A stretch of DNA of 64,000 nucleotides from Vicugna vicugna (lineage: Eukaryota), in NCBI GenBank assembly GCA_013265495.1, contig MU061668.1, positions 1,263,164 to 1,327,163 on the forward strand. Reading direction: 5' to 3'. Shown here one piece after another: positions 61,171-64,000 of the stretch. Below the pieces are notes generated by a model, which had not been told where the DNA came from, searched no databases, and saw nothing but the letters and a program-made list of their open reading frames with translations. The translations under genes were made by a program, and so were the position numbers. Every line of letters starts with the position of its first letter. Within the stretch, counting starts at the first letter, position 1.

Positions 61171-62029
61171 TAAAGCAGGACACAAGCCAGGTGAGGGGTG
61201 GGCAGGGTGGAAGGGAGCGAGGGAGGGGCTGGTGCTGTGGGAGGGCCTGGGCCCAGGCTAGTGAAATCAGCAAAGGTGGGTCTCTCGAGAAGCACACAGC
61301 CTGGGCGAGGGAAGGAGCGCAGGGTTCATGGTGCTGCTGATGGCTGTACTGGGGAACAGGGGTGGGTTCTGGGGTGTCTGGGCAGGCCCTGCCTGTAGGC
61401 GGGGACTCGCCTGTGATTGTGCCCCCACTGCACTGAGTCTGGGCAGCCCTCTGCTCCCACCAGGCCCTCAGTTTTCTAGGAGTGCTGGCGCCAGTGTCAC
61501 CCCAGGGCACTGAGTTGGCCTTTTGTCAGAGTGTCTGCCTGACCCTATAGAGAGTTGGGGGAGGTCCACTCCTGGGGCATGGAGGTCACGCCGTGGCCCC
61601 CGCATTCCAGAATGCCAAATGGAGAAGGCAGGAGTCAGAGGAGCCTGTGGACATTAGGAAGGGCAGATGCCGGTGGCGCAGAGAGCAGGGTCAGAGCACC
61701 CCCATCCCCAGCCAAGACTCAAAGTTGGGGAGGGCTTGGAGGTCCTTGAAGCACATCAGCAATGCCAGGGAGAAGGGAAGACGGAGCAGTGGGGCTGCTC
61801 AGGTGTAAGTAAGAAATAACCAAAGACAGAGGGAGAAGATGCATCAGGAGAGCCCGAAATAAGGATGAGCTGAAGCAGCTGGAAGGTGCCAAGGAAGGAC
61901 AGCGAAGGCATTTTCAGAAACTCTTATTTGGTAGCTCTTATTTGGCTTCTGTCCTCAAAGGATGGCCTTTCATGGAAAAGGGCAGCCTATGCCTAAGATA
62001 GATGAGGGGGCAGGAAGGAGGAGTCGGGC

Positions 62030-62225
62030 CACCTTGAGCTGTGTGACCCGGGCAGACCACTTACCCTCTCTGTGCCTCAGTATCTGTGACTGTAAAGGAG
62101 CATGAGCTTAGTGTTCGCCGTACTGGGTTGTGAGGACGAGGCGATCATACATGTGAATTACTGCGTCTCACCGACACTTCCTGAGAGGTTACAAACTGCG
62201 GTTGTCAGTGCTGTTGTTGGTATCA
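62030..62225 (+). mobile_element. MIR relic
   Basis: gagctgtgtgacccgggcagaccacttaccctctctgtgcctcagtatctgtgactgtaaa is the MIR core. Confidence 0.65.
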
Positions 62226-62499
62226 CTAAAATGACCTCCAGGTTCCTAATTTGTTATATTCAGGGCTTCGGAAAGGACTCAATGGTACACTTACAACAAG
62301 TGTTGAGGAATGATGGGGAAAGAATAAGAGAAGCACATGCACACAGGTGACCTTGGTTCTTGAACGTGGAAAGGGGCAGATTCCTAAAACTATAAAGCAG
62401 CTGGACTCCTCCTGCTTCTGGAATGGCCTATCAGGTGGACAGTTTGAAAGCACTTAGGGAAGAAGGGAATGGAATCTCTATGAGAAAACGTTTCCATAA

Positions 62500-62870
62500 C
62501 AGCCATTCCTACTACCTGTAACTGTGAAACAAGGTTCGTGGTGTAAAGCCACACAATTGTTTGTAACTGTCTCTGAGAGCCAACAGTCGGGGGCTGGCTG
62601 GGCTCAGCCGGGTGGTTCTTGCCCGGAGTCTCCAGGTGGCGGCTGGGTTCCAAGAGCACGTGTCCCAAGAGACAGCCAGGTGGGAGCTGCATTGCCTTTT
62701 ATGACGTGGCCTCTTAAGTCATGTAGCGTCACCTCCACTTTATGGGAGTCCCCAGGGCCAGCCCACGCTCGAGAGAGGGGCATGAGACCCTACTTCCTGG
62801 TGCAGGAGAGGAGTGTCCAAGACTTCGTGGACATGTTTCCAAACCACCCTCCCACCCAGTTCCTCCGCCA
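62500..62870. mobile_element. MaLR (MLT1-type) LTR relic
   Basis: ggggctggctgggctcagccgggtggttct…aggtgggagctgcattgccttttatgac…gtcatgtagcgtcacctccac are MLT1 motifs. Confidence 0.6.
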
Positions 62871-64000
62871 GCAGGGTAACCAGACCAGTCGTGTGAGACG
62901 TGCTATCAGCCTAGAATATCTGGATTCCAGGAAGGCTCTGGATGAAACCCCTCTGATGTCTTTATGGACGGGATGGACAGGTGTGACTCAGCTGGCCGCC
63001 CATGGGGCTGCATCCAGTGAATGACGATTGGTGGCAGCCTGGAGGGGAGACCTCTGTGCTTAGCCCATCCACTTTTTCCCTAAATGTGCAACTTGGACGA
63101 GTATGTGAAGACTCGCTGATCAGCTGTGCCCAGAGAGGGAGAGGTGACAGGTCTCCGAGGAGATGCAGGGGGTGGGCAGGGCTGGGAGCCAGACCCCAGG
63201 GCTAGGGGTGCTTCAGTTTTCTCTCTCCTCCGATTGTGGGCTCAGGGTCCATGGGGCCGTCATAGCAAGAGCCTGGGAGCAGGAAGAGGAGCCAGCCCTC
63301 TCCAGCCCGAGGAGGTTCTTGGCTGCCCAGGAGCCCTGGAGCCCCCACTGAGGTTGGGGAGGGGTCCCAACTAGCAAGTAGATGGGTTGTGACAAACAGA
63401 GAGGAAGGGTGGGGACACACCAGCTCAAGGACAACCGGGGAGAGGCTGTGGGGCTGCTTGGGGACAGCCCTGCCCTGAGTCCCAGGCAGTGGGTGGGAAA
63501 GGGGCTGCAGGTCTCCATGTGTGTTCAGCCAGCAAAGGGATGGGTATCCTGCCCCATCTGCCCTTGACCCCACACTTCCCTTCTCTTCCTGTCCTCCACT
63601 CCTGCCCAGGGCCCAGCATGTCGGAGGCCCTGGGGAAGTGCTCGCCAAATGATGACCGAGGGCTGATTTTGTCCCAGGGAGGCAGACTGGGGCCAGAACA
63701 AGGAAGGGCTGGTGGACAGAGTGCCTGCTGACAGCTGGCTGCCATGATCGTCCAGCCGCCCCATGCCACACCCCCAGTGATGGGAGGCTCCTCTCTCCAG
63801 AGGCCGCCCTTTTGCAGCCTAAAGTCATGCTGTTCCTTCAGTTTCTGAGCAGCTGCTGCACGTCCAGCCTCGTGCTCAGCCCTGGGGGTTTGGAGGTGGA
63901 CAAGACTTGGACCTGCTCCACCCTCGCTGATCCAAAGACCTGGGATGTGAGGAGTGAGGGGCACCGAGCATTAGAGAAATGCACGTCAGAAGCACAGTGA

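Noticed and set aside
63812-64000. Possible next C3orf20 exon (…SSLVLSPGGLEVDK…)
   Set aside because: Only a VLS tripeptide resembles the recalled human exon, and the best acceptor (63841) gives an immediate stop in the required phase. The next exon is probably beyond the window.

Overview
This is mammalian (eutherian) genomic DNA, very probably from a camelid, because it carries two copies of a tRNA-derived SINE resembling the camelid Vic/VicSINE family. It is a draft assembly with six 130-148 nt N gaps, all inside old retroelements. Two spliced genes lie on the + strand: the last two coding exons of CCDC174 (1139-1291, 2330-2628) and 13 coding exons of C3orf20, a FAM194/ERICH6-family gene (13040-61169), which runs off the right end. 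Gene identities rest on my recall of the human proteins, on conserved synteny (CCDC174 then C3orf20), and on splice sites and exon phases that I checked by hand; no database search was run. Introns are filled with old L1, L2, MIR, MaLR/ERVL LTRs and hAT DNA transposons. Most ORFs in the supplied track are chance ORFs, not genes. Main observations: (1) a minor-spliceosome (U12-type) GT-AG intron at 27632-32012; (2) a net frameshift in the exon just before it (230 nt where a multiple of 3 is required), with a possible frame-rescuing internal acceptor at 27490/27491; (3) a coding (CACAGC)n His-Ser repeat; (4) several cryptic donor sites inside exons; (5) old L1 relics shifted strongly toward G/C. 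I found no evidence for an entirely new multi-gene system.
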